Source of the DNA: Candidatus Staskawiczbacteria bacterium
GTDB lineage: Bacteria > Patescibacteriota > Minisyncoccia > Minisyncoccales > Staskawiczbacteraceae
Assembly (NCBI GenBank): GCA_016196125.1
Contig: JACPYG010000015.1
Location: 22,966-86,965, forward strand
Reading direction: 5' to 3'
DNA length: 64,000 nucleotides
Shown here: in pieces, positions 16,590 through 26,403 of the stretch
How positions within the stretch are numbered: the first letter of the stretch is position 1
Layout of the letters: every line of letters begins with the position of its first letter
The notes under the pieces: generated by a model
Seen by the model: the letters and a program-made list of their open reading frames with translations, nothing else
Database searches by the model: none
Told to the model about the DNA's origin: nothing
Program-made: the position numbers and the translations under genes

Positions 16590-17183
16590 TCAGATTTTCA
16601 ACTCTCTGATTTCTGCGGTTTCTAAATGAGGAATTTGTCTATGCTGACTTACAGGTTTTTTCGAAAAATGAGTATGTAATATCTGTAAAACATCTCCATG
16701 GGAAACAAGAAGAATTTTTTTATTTTTATATTTTTTCTCCAATTTATTGATTAAAACAAGAGTTCTTTTAAGAACTTTATTAGGGCTTTCAACTCCTTCG
16801 TGTTTATGATTGGCATTTCTTTCGTCGTATTCCCAAACCTTTATTAAGTTGTTCAAAGGAGTCTTATCAAGTTTGCCAAAATATCTTTCTCGCAAATTCT
16901 TATGAAATATGATTTTTTTAACACCAAGTAGTTTTTTAGCAATCTCTGCTGTTTCTTTTGCTCTTAGAAAATCGGAAGAATAAATAATGATACTAGAATC
17001 TAATAATTTACTTTTTTTGTTTTTTAATACAGAATCTTTAACTTGCCTGTTTCCTTTCTGCGATAAACCAAAACTAATAGTTCCATCTTTGGGATGACTT
17101 AATAAAATACCTTTAACATTGGCTTTGCTTTCCCCGTGCCTAATAATAAAATATCTGTTTTTAAGATTTTTTAAACTTTTCAT
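16590..17183 (-). CDS. Histidine phosphatase (phosphoglycerate mutase-like) family protein
   Basis: N-terminal YFIIRHGES catalytic RHG motif and late SHGD. Confidence 0.75.
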   Translation of the reverse strand: MKSLKNLKNRYFIIRHGESKANVKGILLSHPKDGTISFGLSQKGNRQVKDSVLKNKKSKLLDSSIIIYSSDFLRAKETAEIAKKLLGVKKIIFHKNLRERYFGKLDKTPLNNLIKVWEYDERNANHKHEGVESPNKVLKRTLVLINKLEKKYKNKKILLVSHGDVLQILHTHFSKKPVSQHRQIPHLETAEIRELKI

Positions 17184-17195
17184 AAATTAATTCTA

Positions 17196-17220
17196 TCAAA
17201 AAGCCGCCAAAAAGGCGACT
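17196..17220 (-). terminator. Intrinsic terminator after tRNA-Gly
   Basis: Minus strand: GTCGCC TTTTT GGCGGC TTTTTG. Confidence 0.65.
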
Positions 17221-17239
17221 ATCGGTTATAACTGCACTA

Positions 17240-17310
17240 AGCGGACAATGAGAATCGAACTCACGCCCTAACCTTGGGAAGGTTATGTACTGCCATTATA
17301 CTATGCCCGC
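17240..17310 (-). tRNA. tRNA-Gly (anticodon CCC)
   Basis: Manual cloverleaf: GCGGGCA TA GTAT AATGGCA GTAC A TAACC TTCCCAA GGTTA GGGC GTGAG TTCGATT CTCAT TGTCCGC T. Confidence 0.85.
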
Positions 17311-17314
17311 ATTT

Positions 17315-17740
17315 TTAAAATTTATCCATAATCCATTGCCAACCATTTCCAATCCATCCTAACCATATTTTAAAATTAAAAAAATTCGTATTACTGTTAT
17401 TTATCTCTTCTTTTTGTTTTACTTCCGGTGTCACAAAAGTAACTACTTTTTCGTTTTCTATTTGAAGATCTAATTCTTCTCTGGCGATTTTTTCTATATA
17501 ATCTTTATCATCAGCTTTGGCTATGCCCTGTTCCAATGTGTCGTTTTTCTTTTGAATACTCTGAATTTTTTCTTTTAAACTTTCTATTTGTAAGTTAAGT
17601 TTTTTTCTTTCTTTATAAACCTTAATATCCGCAAAAATCAAAAACCCAATTATTATTATAAAAAAAATTTTGACGAACGGAGATGAAAAAAAACTATCTG
17701 ACGTATTGCTCTTTTGTTTTTTTTTAAAATTTGCTATCAT
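17315..17740 (-). CDS. Septum formation initiator (FtsB/DivIC-like) protein
   Basis: Single TM followed by a coiled coil and the EKIAREELDL motif. Confidence 0.6.
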   Translation of the reverse strand: MIANFKKKQKSNTSDSFFSSPFVKIFFIIIIGFLIFADIKVYKERKKLNLQIESLKEKIQSIQKKNDTLEQGIAKADDKDYIEKIAREELDLQIENEKVVTFVTPEVKQKEEINNSNTNFFNFKIWLGWIGNGWQWIMDKF

Positions 17741-17945
17741 TCGTTTATGGCAAAAATATGCAAAGCATATTTTCTGCGTTCGTTCGCTAATAAAAACATA
17801 ATGCGTTATATTTTTATACGCTCACTCACTTGAGAATAAAATCAAAAACAATTTTTAAAGTAATTTGGATTATATTAATAAGCCTTGTTGCTTTAAGTAC
17901 GATTATTTGGTCGGCTTCTCCTCTTTTCTTAAGATAGGCCAAAAA

Positions 17946-18488
17946 TTAAGACGCTCCTATATTTTTAGTGGTGGCTTCATAAATTGCCAGTATTTTTTTT
18001 ACCTTATCTAAATCTATTTTATAATCCGGGTTATAAACTATGGAATTTCTGATTTCATGCGCCGCTAAAACTTCTTCTATATTTGGCAGTATGATTTTTC
18101 CCGCGTTGTTTACCAATTCTTCAAAATTTTTGCCGGCAAACCCCCTGTCTTCCAGCATCTCGTTTAAAAAATCATCGGCTTCTATTAAAGCAAGCTTATA
18201 TTCTGACTCTGCTCCGCTTTCTGTTCTTTTTTGTATTTTTTTCCAACGATTGGCAATTTCCCTGAGTCCATAAGCCTGATATGAAATAAATTCTGTAACA
18301 TCTTCAAGGAATTTATATTTTAAATAAGTTGAATTCAACATAAAATAAACAACGGCTGATAAAAAAAACATCGTAAAAAAAACAAAAACCAGCTTTACCG
18401 GAAAAAGAGCATCCTGCAGAACAGGCGAGGAAACAAAATAAATAAAGTCTTTTATCCTTAATAGATTATAAACAGATTCCCAAGTCAT
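17946..18488 (-). CDS. Hypothetical membrane protein
   Basis: One or two N-terminal TM segments; no recognised motif. Confidence 0.5.
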   Translation of the reverse strand: MTWESVYNLLRIKDFIYFVSSPVLQDALFPVKLVFVFFTMFFLSAVVYFMLNSTYLKYKFLEDVTEFISYQAYGLREIANRWKKIQKRTESGAESEYKLALIEADDFLNEMLEDRGFAGKNFEELVNNAGKIILPNIEEVLAAHEIRNSIVYNPDYKIDLDKVKKILAIYEATTKNIGAS

Positions 18489-18497
18489 ATTTGCGCA

Positions 18498-19916
18498 TTA
18501 TAACATTTTTTCAATAAAAGATGCCATACTCAAAATATTATTTTCTTGGAAATGATTGCCGATTATCTGAAGGCCTACAGGTAAATTGCCAATTTTACCG
18601 ACAGGCAAAGAAATAGCCGGAATACCTGCCAACTTTACAGGACAAGTATAAATATCCATCAAATACATTGAAAGAGGGTCATTTGTTTTTTCACCTATTT
18701 TAAAAGCCGGAATAGGAGAAACAGGACTAAAAATCAAATCTACTTTTTTAAAGGCGTTTATAAAATCCTCTCTTATTAAATTCCTGATTTCCTGGGCTTT
18801 TTTGTAATACTCATCGTAATAACCGCTTGATAAAGCATAGGTTCCCACTAAAATTCTCCTCTTGGGTTCTGGCCCAAATCCTTCTCCCCTGCTTTTTAAA
18901 TAAACTTCAAATAAATCTTTTGATGATTTATTGCTAAGTCCATATTTTATACCGTCAAATCTGGCTAAGTTTGCCGAAACTTCAGAAGGAACAATTATGT
19001 AATAACAAGCGATGGCATATTCCGTATTGGGCAAACTGATTTCTATAATTTTTACGCCTCTTTCTTTTGCTTTTTTTATTATATTTTCTATAATTTTTTT
19101 AACTTCTGGATCTATTCCATCTGTAAAATATTCTTTGGGAATTCCTATTTTTAGCCCCTCTATTTTTAAATTTGATTTTTCAAAATTATAATCTTTGCTT
19201 GTTGCATCTAGCGGATCTTTCCCTGAAATTGCTTTAAAAATAATTTCTGCATCCTCAACCGTTTTTGCTATAGGGCCTATTTGATCTAAAGAAGAAGCCA
19301 TGGCAACCAATCCAGAACGGGAAACTGCTCCATAAGTCGGATTAAGCCCTACAACACCGCAAAAAGACGCGGGCAATCTAATAGACCCCCCTGTATCAGA
19401 TCCAAGCGAATAACAGGCCTCTTTTGAGGCGACTGATGCCGCAGACCCGCCAGAGCTGCCTCCGGCGACACGGTTTAAATCGTTTGGATTTTTTGTTACT
19501 TTAAAAGCAGAATTTTCAGTAGAAACTCCCATAGCAAATTCATCCAAATTTGTTTTTCCTAAAATTACGGCTCCCTTTGATTTTAATTTTTTAATTACCG
19601 TTGCATCATAGGGAGCGACATAATTTTCTAAAATTTTAGACCCTGCCGTACATTTTTCGCCCTCAACCAAAATAGCATCCTTAACAGAGCAGGGAATACC
19701 TGCCAGAAATTCGAAATCTTTTCCTGATGAAATAATTTCATCTGCTTTTTTTGCCTGCGACAACGCCAGGTCTTCTGTCAGATTCAGGTAAGCTCCTATT
19801 TTTTTATCATTTTTTTTAATCTCCGATAAATAGGCCCGGGTAAGTTCTGTACTGGAAAAATCTTTTTTCTTCAATCCGTCATGGGCCTCTTTAATTGTCA
19901 GTTCTAAAAGATTCAT
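18498..19916 (-). CDS. gatA: Glu/Asp-tRNA amidotransferase subunit A
   Basis: Amidase signature GGSSGGSAASVA and GSDTGGSIRLPA. Confidence 0.95.
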   Translation of the reverse strand: MNLLELTIKEAHDGLKKKDFSSTELTRAYLSEIKKNDKKIGAYLNLTEDLALSQAKKADEIISSGKDFEFLAGIPCSVKDAILVEGEKCTAGSKILENYVAPYDATVIKKLKSKGAVILGKTNLDEFAMGVSTENSAFKVTKNPNDLNRVAGGSSGGSAASVASKEACYSLGSDTGGSIRLPASFCGVVGLNPTYGAVSRSGLVAMASSLDQIGPIAKTVEDAEIIFKAISGKDPLDATSKDYNFEKSNLKIEGLKIGIPKEYFTDGIDPEVKKIIENIIKKAKERGVKIIEISLPNTEYAIACYYIIVPSEVSANLARFDGIKYGLSNKSSKDLFEVYLKSRGEGFGPEPKRRILVGTYALSSGYYDEYYKKAQEIRNLIREDFINAFKKVDLIFSPVSPIPAFKIGEKTNDPLSMYLMDIYTCPVKLAGIPAISLPVGKIGNLPVGLQIIGNHFQENNILSMASFIEKML

Positions 19917-19918
19917 TT

Positions 19919-20209
19919 TTAAAGTATGGCTTTTACTTTAATATAATCATCTTTTCTGTCTGGAAAAGCATTCATTATCTTTTCTGCCAAACTATGGTTT
20001 TTAGCCGCAATTTCATCTTTTCTTGCTTGCCCTTCCGTAGCTTTAGCGAAGGAGGGTTGTCTTTTTAATTTTGAAGTATTGGCCTTTTTAAGTAAATCAA
20101 AATAATCCAAAATTGCAGAAAGCTCTTTTTGCATTTTTTCGAGTTCTCCCTCCTTTAATTCCAATCTGGCCAGCTTTGCAATATGTTTTACTTCTTCTTT
20201 TGAAATCAT
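19919..20209 (-). CDS. gatC: Glu/Asp-tRNA amidotransferase subunit C
   Basis: MISKEEVKHIAKLARLEL... Start moved to ATG 20209; the ORF-track start at 20218 is TTG and overlaps the mreB stop. Confidence 0.85.
   Translation of the reverse strand: MISKEEVKHIAKLARLELKEGELEKMQKELSAILDYFDLLKKANTSKLKRQPSFAKATEGQARKDEIAAKNHSLAEKIMNAFPDRKDDYIKVKAIL
20036..20067. repeat. AGCTTTAGCGAAGGAG element in frame in gatC (peptide PSFAKATEGQ)
   Basis: TGCCCTTCCGTAGCTTTAGCGAAGGAGGGTTG. Related copies at 45864-45896 (rpsC) and 12376-12406 (intergenic). Confidence 0.75.
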
Positions 20210-20211
20210 AA

Positions 20212-21273
20212 TTACCAAGGCGGTTCTCCGCCTTCATCTTTCGACATAACATCAAATAATGTTCCTATATTTTCTAAAGCAATTCCAGCTCCTCTTACAA
20301 CAGCTGTTAACGGGTCGTCAATAATTTTACAGGGCATTTTTGTTTCCCTTGAAATTAAAACATCCAACCCTTTCAATAAAGAACCTCCACCGGATAAATA
20401 AATGCCGCCAGACATAACATCGGCCAATAATTCCGGGGGCGTTTCCTCGATTGTTGTTTTAATAGCCGCGATAATTTGTTTTACTGATTTATCTAAGGCG
20501 CGTTGGACATCGTCGTTAAAAATAACAACTTCTTCAGGGAGTCCGGTAACTAAATTTCTGCCTCGCATTGGCATTTCTTTTTTTTCTTTTAGATTTAGCG
20601 CCGAACCTATATTTATCTTAATTAATTCTGCCGTTCTTTCTCCAATTAATAATTTATATTCTTTCTGGGCAAACTGAACAATATCATCATTAAGCTTATC
20701 GCCGGCCACTCTTATGCTTTTATAAACAACAATTCCGCCAAGTGAAATTACCGCCACTTCTGTTGTGCCGCCGCCAATATCAACTATAAAGTTGCCGCCC
20801 GCTTCCTGAATTGGAAGTTTTGCTCCAATGGCAGAAGCCAAAGGCTCTTCAATTAAAAAAACTGTCTGGGCTCCGGCTGATTTGGCGGCGTCACGGACCG
20901 CCTTTCTTTCAACTTCTGTAACTCCGCAAGGAATGCCAATAATAACTCTTGGCAAATATCCCAAACCAAATATTTTTTTACTGGAAGCAGCCGATTTCTC
21001 AATAAAATATTTTAACATCTGTTCTGTCACTTCAAAGTCAGAAATAACACCGTTTACCAAAGGCCTTGTGGCTGTAATATAGGAAGGGGTTCGGCCTACC
21101 ATTTTTTTGGCTTCTTCTCCAATAGATAAAATTTGGCCTGTTTTATTGTTAATTGCCACCACGGATGGCTCATTAATAATTATTCCCCTATCTTTGACAT
21201 AAACCAAAGAATTGGCCGTACCCAGGTCAATAGCCATATCTATTGATAAAAAAGAAAATAGTTTTTTAAGCAT
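20212..21273 (-). CDS. mreB: Rod-shape protein MreB (paralogue 1)
   Basis: IDLGTANS, DIGGGTTEVAVISLGG and GGGSLLKGLD actin-fold motifs. Confidence 0.95.
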   Translation of the reverse strand: MLKKLFSFLSIDMAIDLGTANSLVYVKDRGIIINEPSVVAINNKTGQILSIGEEAKKMVGRTPSYITATRPLVNGVISDFEVTEQMLKYFIEKSAASSKKIFGLGYLPRVIIGIPCGVTEVERKAVRDAAKSAGAQTVFLIEEPLASAIGAKLPIQEAGGNFIVDIGGGTTEVAVISLGGIVVYKSIRVAGDKLNDDIVQFAQKEYKLLIGERTAELIKINIGSALNLKEKKEMPMRGRNLVTGLPEEVVIFNDDVQRALDKSVKQIIAAIKTTIEETPPELLADVMSGGIYLSGGGSLLKGLDVLISRETKMPCKIIDDPLTAVVRGAGIALENIGTLFDVMSKDEGGEPPW

Positions 21274-21288
21274 GCTATACCGGAATTT

Positions 21289-22548
21289 TTAAATTAAAAA
21301 TTTATACAATTGTTTTATTTTCACCAGATTTGCCGAACCTTTGGTTCTTTTTTTCAGTTCAGCCGAATTGGTCTTTAAAGTTTTTTCACTGATTACTATA
21401 CGAAATGGAATACCTATTAAATCTGCTTCCGCAAATTTTTCTCCAGCTGATTTTTCTTGCCTATCGTCATATAATACTTCAATTTTTTCTTTTTTCAAAT
21501 CATTATATATTTTTTCTGCGGCTTTTTTAATTTTACCCGAGCCGATCGAATGGCTTTCAATGAAAATTAAATGGGCTAAAAACGGAGCAACTGGCTTAGG
21601 CCAAATAATACCCTTTTCATCATGATTTGCTTCAACTATGGCTCCCATTAACCTGCCAAGTCCGATTCCGTAGCATCCCATTAATACCGGCTTGTCTTGG
21701 CCATCGCGGTCGGTAAATTTTAAATCAAAAGGCAAAGAAAATTTTGTGCCGAGCTTAAATATATTGCCAACTTCAATGGCTTTTTTTTCTTCAAATTCTA
21801 CGCTTTGGCATTTTGGACATTTATTGTTTTCTGGTTTTATTTCTTTATTAATGGCTATGCCGCATTTTTTACATATATAAATCACATCTTCACCTGAGTC
21901 GGTAATTGCCTGGAACTCATCTGAATATTTTGAAAAACTTCCTCCAGATGCCAGTGTTTGATAAGTTACTTTTCCAATTCCACATTTTTTAAAAATATCT
22001 GAATAAACTTTCGTCAGTTTTTCATAATATTTATTCAAATCTTCTTGCGTCGTATGGAAAGAATACAAATCTTTCATTAAAAATTCTCTTGTTCTTAAAA
22101 TTCCCGATTTTGCCCTTAATTCGTCGCGGAACTTAGTTTGAATCTGAAAAAGAGAAATAGGCAAATCTTTATATGAGAAAATATTCTTTTTTGCCAACGG
22201 ACTGACAACTTCTTCGTGCGTGGGACCCATAGCGTATTCTTTGTCTCCGCTCCCTTTTAATTTAAAAAGTATATCCAAACTGTCCCAGCGTCCGGTTTTT
22301 TGCCAGTTTTCTTTTGGCTGTAAAACCGGCATTAAAATTTCTTGCCCATTTGCTGGAGCAGACTCCATATTTTGCCTTATAATATTTTCAATGTTTTTCA
22401 AAACTTTAAACCCCATCGGTAAAAATGTATAAACGCCTGCCATTAACTGGTCTATAAAACCAGCCCTTGTCAAAAGGTCGTGCGAAACAGATTCAGTATC
22501 GGCAGATTTTGTCTTTGATGTTTTATAAAAAAGTTTAGATTGCAGCAT
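21289..22548 (-). CDS. proS: Prolyl-tRNA synthetase, short form with a Cys4 ribbon where the INS editing domain normally sits
   Basis: Class II motifs (FRDELRAKSGILRTREF, GCYGIGLGRL). 419 aa; CKKCG...CPKCQ lies between motifs 2 and 3. Confidence 0.85.
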   Translation of the reverse strand: MLQSKLFYKTSKTKSADTESVSHDLLTRAGFIDQLMAGVYTFLPMGFKVLKNIENIIRQNMESAPANGQEILMPVLQPKENWQKTGRWDSLDILFKLKGSGDKEYAMGPTHEEVVSPLAKKNIFSYKDLPISLFQIQTKFRDELRAKSGILRTREFLMKDLYSFHTTQEDLNKYYEKLTKVYSDIFKKCGIGKVTYQTLASGGSFSKYSDEFQAITDSGEDVIYICKKCGIAINKEIKPENNKCPKCQSVEFEEKKAIEVGNIFKLGTKFSLPFDLKFTDRDGQDKPVLMGCYGIGLGRLMGAIVEANHDEKGIIWPKPVAPFLAHLIFIESHSIGSGKIKKAAEKIYNDLKKEKIEVLYDDRQEKSAGEKFAEADLIGIPFRIVISEKTLKTNSAELKKRTKGSANLVKIKQLYKFLI

Positions 22549-22562
22549 ATTTAATTATTAAA

Positions 22563-23693
22563 TTATCTTTGTAAACTAGATTTTAAAAATTCTGTAAGTC
22601 TTGGTATGTCAAATTTTATTGTTACAAAAAGAGACATTAAAATTAATAAAAAGAAAAATACAGCTGTAATGTTTTGTTCGACTCTTGTTGAAACCGGCTT
22701 TCCCCTTAATTTTTCTATGGTTAAAAATATCAGTTTTCCTCCGTCTAATGCCGGAATGGGAAATATATTGAATATGGCAACAAAAACAGAAATAGATGCT
22801 ATAAAATACAAAAAGAATCCCGGGCCAAAATCTACTGCCCTCGCTAAAAACACCGTGATACCAATAGGACCCAGCATTTCGGCTCCCTGTGGAACGCCAT
22901 TGCCTGAAAATAAATCTTTAAAAACAGCAAAAAGCCCCTGTACTGCTTTTATTGTAATTTCGCCGGTATAAAGAGTTCCCTTAATTGGCGCTTGGTACCA
23001 AGGATATTTATTAATAAGAGCGCCCATTCTTTCAAGACCTACTCCCAATGCTCCCTGGCCTTCCGGCGACAAAGCTCTGGGAGTCAATAAAGTTTCAACT
23101 GTTTTATCTTGTCTTTGAACCACCAAAGTTATCTGTTTACCGATATTTTCTTTTGTAAAATCCTGAACATCTTTTATTTTATTAATTTTTATTTCTCCAT
23201 CTTTTGTCTTAAAGCTTAGCATAACATCTCCCAACTCTAATCCTCCGGCTTTTGCCGGAGAATCTTCTGCAATCAAAATAACCTGAACTCTTGTATTTGT
23301 TAAGCCAACAACGTCTTCGTCGCCAATGGGAATATCGGCTCCTATGGCGAAAACAATGGAAAAAAGAACTATAGAAGCAATCCAAAAAGCAACCACCCCG
23401 CCTATAATAATAAGAACCCTTTTCCAAATGACTAAGTTTGAAAAACTCCTATAATCATCTACATCGCCTTCTTCTCCATATATTTTTACAAAAGCCCCTA
23501 ATGGCAAAAGATTCACGGAATAAAGAGTTTCACCGAATTTTTTGCCAAAAATCCTCGGAGGATAACCTATGCCGAATTCTTCAACTCTTACTCCAAATTT
23601 TTTAGCTATAATAAAATGGCCGAATTCATGTATAACCATCAAGCTAATCAAGCTAAGAAAAGCGATTATTAGTGTTAAAATAATAGATATCAT
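22563..23693 (-). CDS. rseP: Site-2 protease RseP (M50 with PDZ domain)
   Basis: HEFGHF zinc motif, PDZ-like middle region, NIFPIPALDGG. Confidence 0.9.
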   Translation of the reverse strand: MISIILTLIIAFLSLISLMVIHEFGHFIIAKKFGVRVEEFGIGYPPRIFGKKFGETLYSVNLLPLGAFVKIYGEEGDVDDYRSFSNLVIWKRVLIIIGGVVAFWIASIVLFSIVFAIGADIPIGDEDVVGLTNTRVQVILIAEDSPAKAGGLELGDVMLSFKTKDGEIKINKIKDVQDFTKENIGKQITLVVQRQDKTVETLLTPRALSPEGQGALGVGLERMGALINKYPWYQAPIKGTLYTGEITIKAVQGLFAVFKDLFSGNGVPQGAEMLGPIGITVFLARAVDFGPGFFLYFIASISVFVAIFNIFPIPALDGGKLIFLTIEKLRGKPVSTRVEQNITAVFFFLLILMSLFVTIKFDIPRLTEFLKSSLQR

Positions 23694-24253
23694 ATTGTTG
23701 TTAATTCATTTTTTTTATTTTCGATTAAATTTTTTATTTTTTCTGTATAATCATCAATTACTTTTTGAAGCTCGTCTTTGCCTCTAAATTTATCGTCTTC
23801 TGATATTTTTTTGTCTTTATGTGATTGTTGTATTTCATTCCAAGCCTCTTCTCTCCAATGCCTTATTGTTTTTCTTGTCTGCTCTGCCTTTTCGTTAAGC
23901 GACTTTGCAAGCGCCTGCCTATATTCTTCTGTTAAAAGAGGCAAATTTAAACGTATAATATCTTTATCAACAACAGCCGACATGCCCAGCCCAGAAAGTG
24001 AAATTGCTTTTTCTATTGGCCCGATATATGAAACATCCCATGGCTGTATCACTATTTGATTTGACTGGGGGCTTAAAATGGCTCCCAGCTGTTTTAAAGC
24101 AAATTTTGACCCAAAAGCTTCTACTTTTATATCTTCAATTAAAGCTGGAGTGGCTCTTCCGGTGTGCAATTTGGCTATTTCTGATTCCAAAAATTTAAAA
24201 GACTTATCAAGCTCCGGTTTAATTTTATCAATAGATTCTTTGTATGTAGCCAT
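23690..24253 (-). CDS. frr: Ribosome recycling factor
   Basis: 187 aa; LHTGRATPALIE..., RLNLPLLTEE; ATGA overlap with rseP. Confidence 0.9.
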   Translation of the reverse strand: MATYKESIDKIKPELDKSFKFLESEIAKLHTGRATPALIEDIKVEAFGSKFALKQLGAILSPQSNQIVIQPWDVSYIGPIEKAISLSGLGMSAVVDKDIIRLNLPLLTEEYRQALAKSLNEKAEQTRKTIRHWREEAWNEIQQSHKDKKISEDDKFRGKDELQKVIDDYTEKIKNLIENKKNELTTI

Positions 24254-24256
24254 AAT

Positions 24257-25252
24257 TTACATCTCCATTAATAATATTTCTAAAGCCAGCTTTGGATTGG
24301 CATTAGTCAAAGAAATTTGCGCATTAATAATTTCCAATAATTTTAAAACTTCTTTAATTTTTGATATGGAATAATTCTTAAAATTATCTGCAGCTTCCGG
24401 AAAAAAATCTTTGGGAGTTAAATTATCCGCTCCTGTTTTTAAAAATAATAAATGCCTCAAATATCTTTGCAAAATTTCTAAAACTCTCTTTGTATTATTG
24501 CCATCCAAATTAATTTTTTTTGTGTATTGAAACTTCAGGGCAAGATTAGAATTAATAACTTTTACCAGTTCTTGCAGTGTTGTTTGCTCTTCTTTCAATT
24601 TATCCGGATTTAAAAATAATTCTATTGCTTGGCCTGGTTTACAGGAACAAAAAGATGCAAGATCATGCGCTATTTTTTCTTGCCTGCCGGCAGGCAGACT
24701 TTCTCCCATTTTTACCAAATTATATTCAATTTCTTTCGGGTCTACAAGATAAAATTTTATTCTTTGACACCTTGAAATTATCGTAGACAATAATGTTTCT
24801 GGATGCGGAGATATTAAAATTAAAATAGTTTTTCCTTTTGGCTCCTCAAGTGTTTTTAAAAGGCAACTCTGCGCCTCAAAATTCATTTTTTCAGCTCCAT
24901 TGACAATGACTGCCTTAAAAGAACCGTAATAAGATTTATAGCTTAAAAAAAGCAAAGCCTCTCTTATTTGTGAAATATCAATTTCCTGTTTATCATTTTT
25001 CAGGTTTACCATTAAAACATCAACATAGCTTTCATTTTCTATGTCTTTGCAATTTCTGCAAATTCCGCATGATTCTTGACCGGGGCTTTTGCCTGCCTCG
25101 GCAGACAAACAATTGATTAACTTTACAAATTCTTTTGCCAAAGTTCTCTTACCTATTTTCTCCTCTCCAGAAAACAAATAAGCATGAGCCAACTGGCCTG
25201 ATTCAAGCTTATTCTTTAAAAAATCCCATTGTTTTTTGTGACCGATTAACAT
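24257..25252 (-). CDS. holB: DNA polymerase III delta' subunit
   Basis: HAYLFSGEEKIGKRTLA, Cys cluster C..C..C and LLKTLEEP motifs. Confidence 0.85.
   Translation of the reverse strand: MLIGHKKQWDFLKNKLESGQLAHAYLFSGEEKIGKRTLAKEFVKLINCLSAEAGKSPGQESCGICRNCKDIENESYVDVLMVNLKNDKQEIDISQIREALLFLSYKSYYGSFKAVIVNGAEKMNFEAQSCLLKTLEEPKGKTILILISPHPETLLSTIISRCQRIKFYLVDPKEIEYNLVKMGESLPAGRQEKIAHDLASFCSCKPGQAIELFLNPDKLKEEQTTLQELVKVINSNLALKFQYTKKINLDGNNTKRVLEILQRYLRHLLFLKTGADNLTPKDFFPEAADNFKNYSISKIKEVLKLLEIINAQISLTNANPKLALEILLMEM
24681..24696. repeat. GC palindrome TGCCTGCCGGCAGGCA in frame in holB (SLPAGRQEK)
   Basis: Perfect 16-bp palindrome inside AT-rich coding sequence. Confidence 0.9.
25090..25107. repeat. 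Degenerate copy TGCCTGCCTCGGCAGACA in holB (LSAEAGKS)
   Basis: Same half-sites with a 2-nt centre insertion and one arm change. Confidence 0.5.
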
Positions 25253-25262
25253 AAATTTAAAA

Positions 25263-26291
25263 TTACTTTTTGCTCATTACTACTTTTTTATATTCGTCTA
25301 AATGTTCTAATACAATACCTGTGCCTTTTATAACGCAAAATAATGGCTCTTCGGCAACAAAACAGGGAACCCCTGTGCTTTGAGCTACTAATTCATTGAT
25401 CTTGGGCAACATAGATCCGCCACCGGCCATAATAATACCCTTATTCATAATATCGGCCGAAAGTTCAGGAGGAGTTTCCGACAATACTTGTTTGGCCGCC
25501 TGAATAATTTCAGCCAACACGTCTGAAACTGCTTCGCAAACTTCATTGTTGGATATTTTAATGTTTCGCGGCAATCCCAAAATCAAATCTCTTCCCTGGA
25601 CTTCCAAATATCTTAACTCTTTTTGCACCAAAGCCGTGCCAACTTTTATTTTTATTTCTTCTGCGGACTGTGTCCCAATCGCTAAGTTGTATTTCTTTTT
25701 AATATATTCTGCAATGGCTATATCTATTTTATCACCGGCTACTCTTACAGAATGAGCTGTCACAATTCCGCCAAGTGAAATTACTGCCACTTCAGACGTA
25801 CCGCCGCCAATATCAATAATCATATGCCCCGAACATGAATTAATGGGAATACCAGCTCCAATAGCAGCCAAAATAGGTTCTTTGGCCACAAAAGCCTGTT
25901 TGGCTCCGGCTGAAAGGGCTGCTTCAATTACCGCCCTCTTCTCTGTGCTGGTGATTCCTGCTGGCACAGATATAACCAATTCTGGCTTAAATAACCTAAA
26001 ATTACCTGCTGTTTTTGTGATGAAATAACGCATCATTGCCTGTGTTACTTTATAATCGGCTATTACGCCATCTTTCAATGGCCTGTATACCTTAATGTCA
26101 GATGGAGTTCGGCCTATCATTTCTTTAGCGCTTTCGCCTACTGCTAAAATCTTGTTATCAGTCAAAGAAACAGCAACCACTGAAGGTTCCTGTAAAACAA
26201 TGCCTTTTCCCTGCACATAAACCAAAGAATTGCAGGTTCCAAGATCAATAGCAATTTTAGCATTAAACATAATCGCTTTGCTTAAATTCAA
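25263..26291 (-). CDS. mreB: Rod-shape protein MreB (paralogue 2)
   Basis: IDLGTCNS and DIGGGTSEVAVISLGG. The ORF-track start is TTG at 26291; an alternative ATG at 26270 gives MFNAKIAIDLGT. Confidence 0.9.
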   Translation of the reverse strand: MNLSKAIMFNAKIAIDLGTCNSLVYVQGKGIVLQEPSVVAVSLTDNKILAVGESAKEMIGRTPSDIKVYRPLKDGVIADYKVTQAMMRYFITKTAGNFRLFKPELVISVPAGITSTEKRAVIEAALSAGAKQAFVAKEPILAAIGAGIPINSCSGHMIIDIGGGTSEVAVISLGGIVTAHSVRVAGDKIDIAIAEYIKKKYNLAIGTQSAEEIKIKVGTALVQKELRYLEVQGRDLILGLPRNIKISNNEVCEAVSDVLAEIIQAAKQVLSETPPELSADIMNKGIIMAGGGSMLPKINELVAQSTGVPCFVAEEPLFCVIKGTGIVLEHLDEYKKVVMSKK

Positions 26292-26403
26292 AATTTAAAA
26301 ATCAAAAATTAAAATTTAGGTATCAAAAATTTATTTTTATAAATTTTTGATTAATTTTAAACTTTAAATTGTCATTTTGCATTTTGAAATTTGCATTTTA
26401 AAT

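Noticed and set aside
15710-17183. Genomic island integrated at tRNA-Thr.
   Set aside because: There is no integrase and no clear direct repeat of the tRNA-Thr 3' end. Only an impression of higher GC supports it, so it is kept as a low-interest finding rather than a feature.
17753-17773. Hairpin AAAATATGC AAA GCATATTTT upstream of the ftsB-like gene, as a regulatory element.
   Set aside because: It is a single short AT-rich hairpin with no second copy or obvious partner motif, so there is not enough evidence.
23209-23427. The same-strand alternative-frame ORF inside rseP (RRGGCF...RRRRCW), and 63025-63255 inside copA.
   Set aside because: Both are embedded out of frame within well-supported conserved genes and have Arg/Cys-rich nonsense composition.
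26281-26403. AT-only inverted repeats in the murA-mreB spacer, including a 13-bp perfect hairpin ATCAAAAATTTAT TTTT ATAAATTTTTGAT at 26322-26351 and loosely heptad-like flanks.
   Set aside because: The hairpin is real, but in pure A/T sequence long self-complementarity is easy to get by chance. I could not convincingly tie it to the heptad family, and it may just be a weak terminator.
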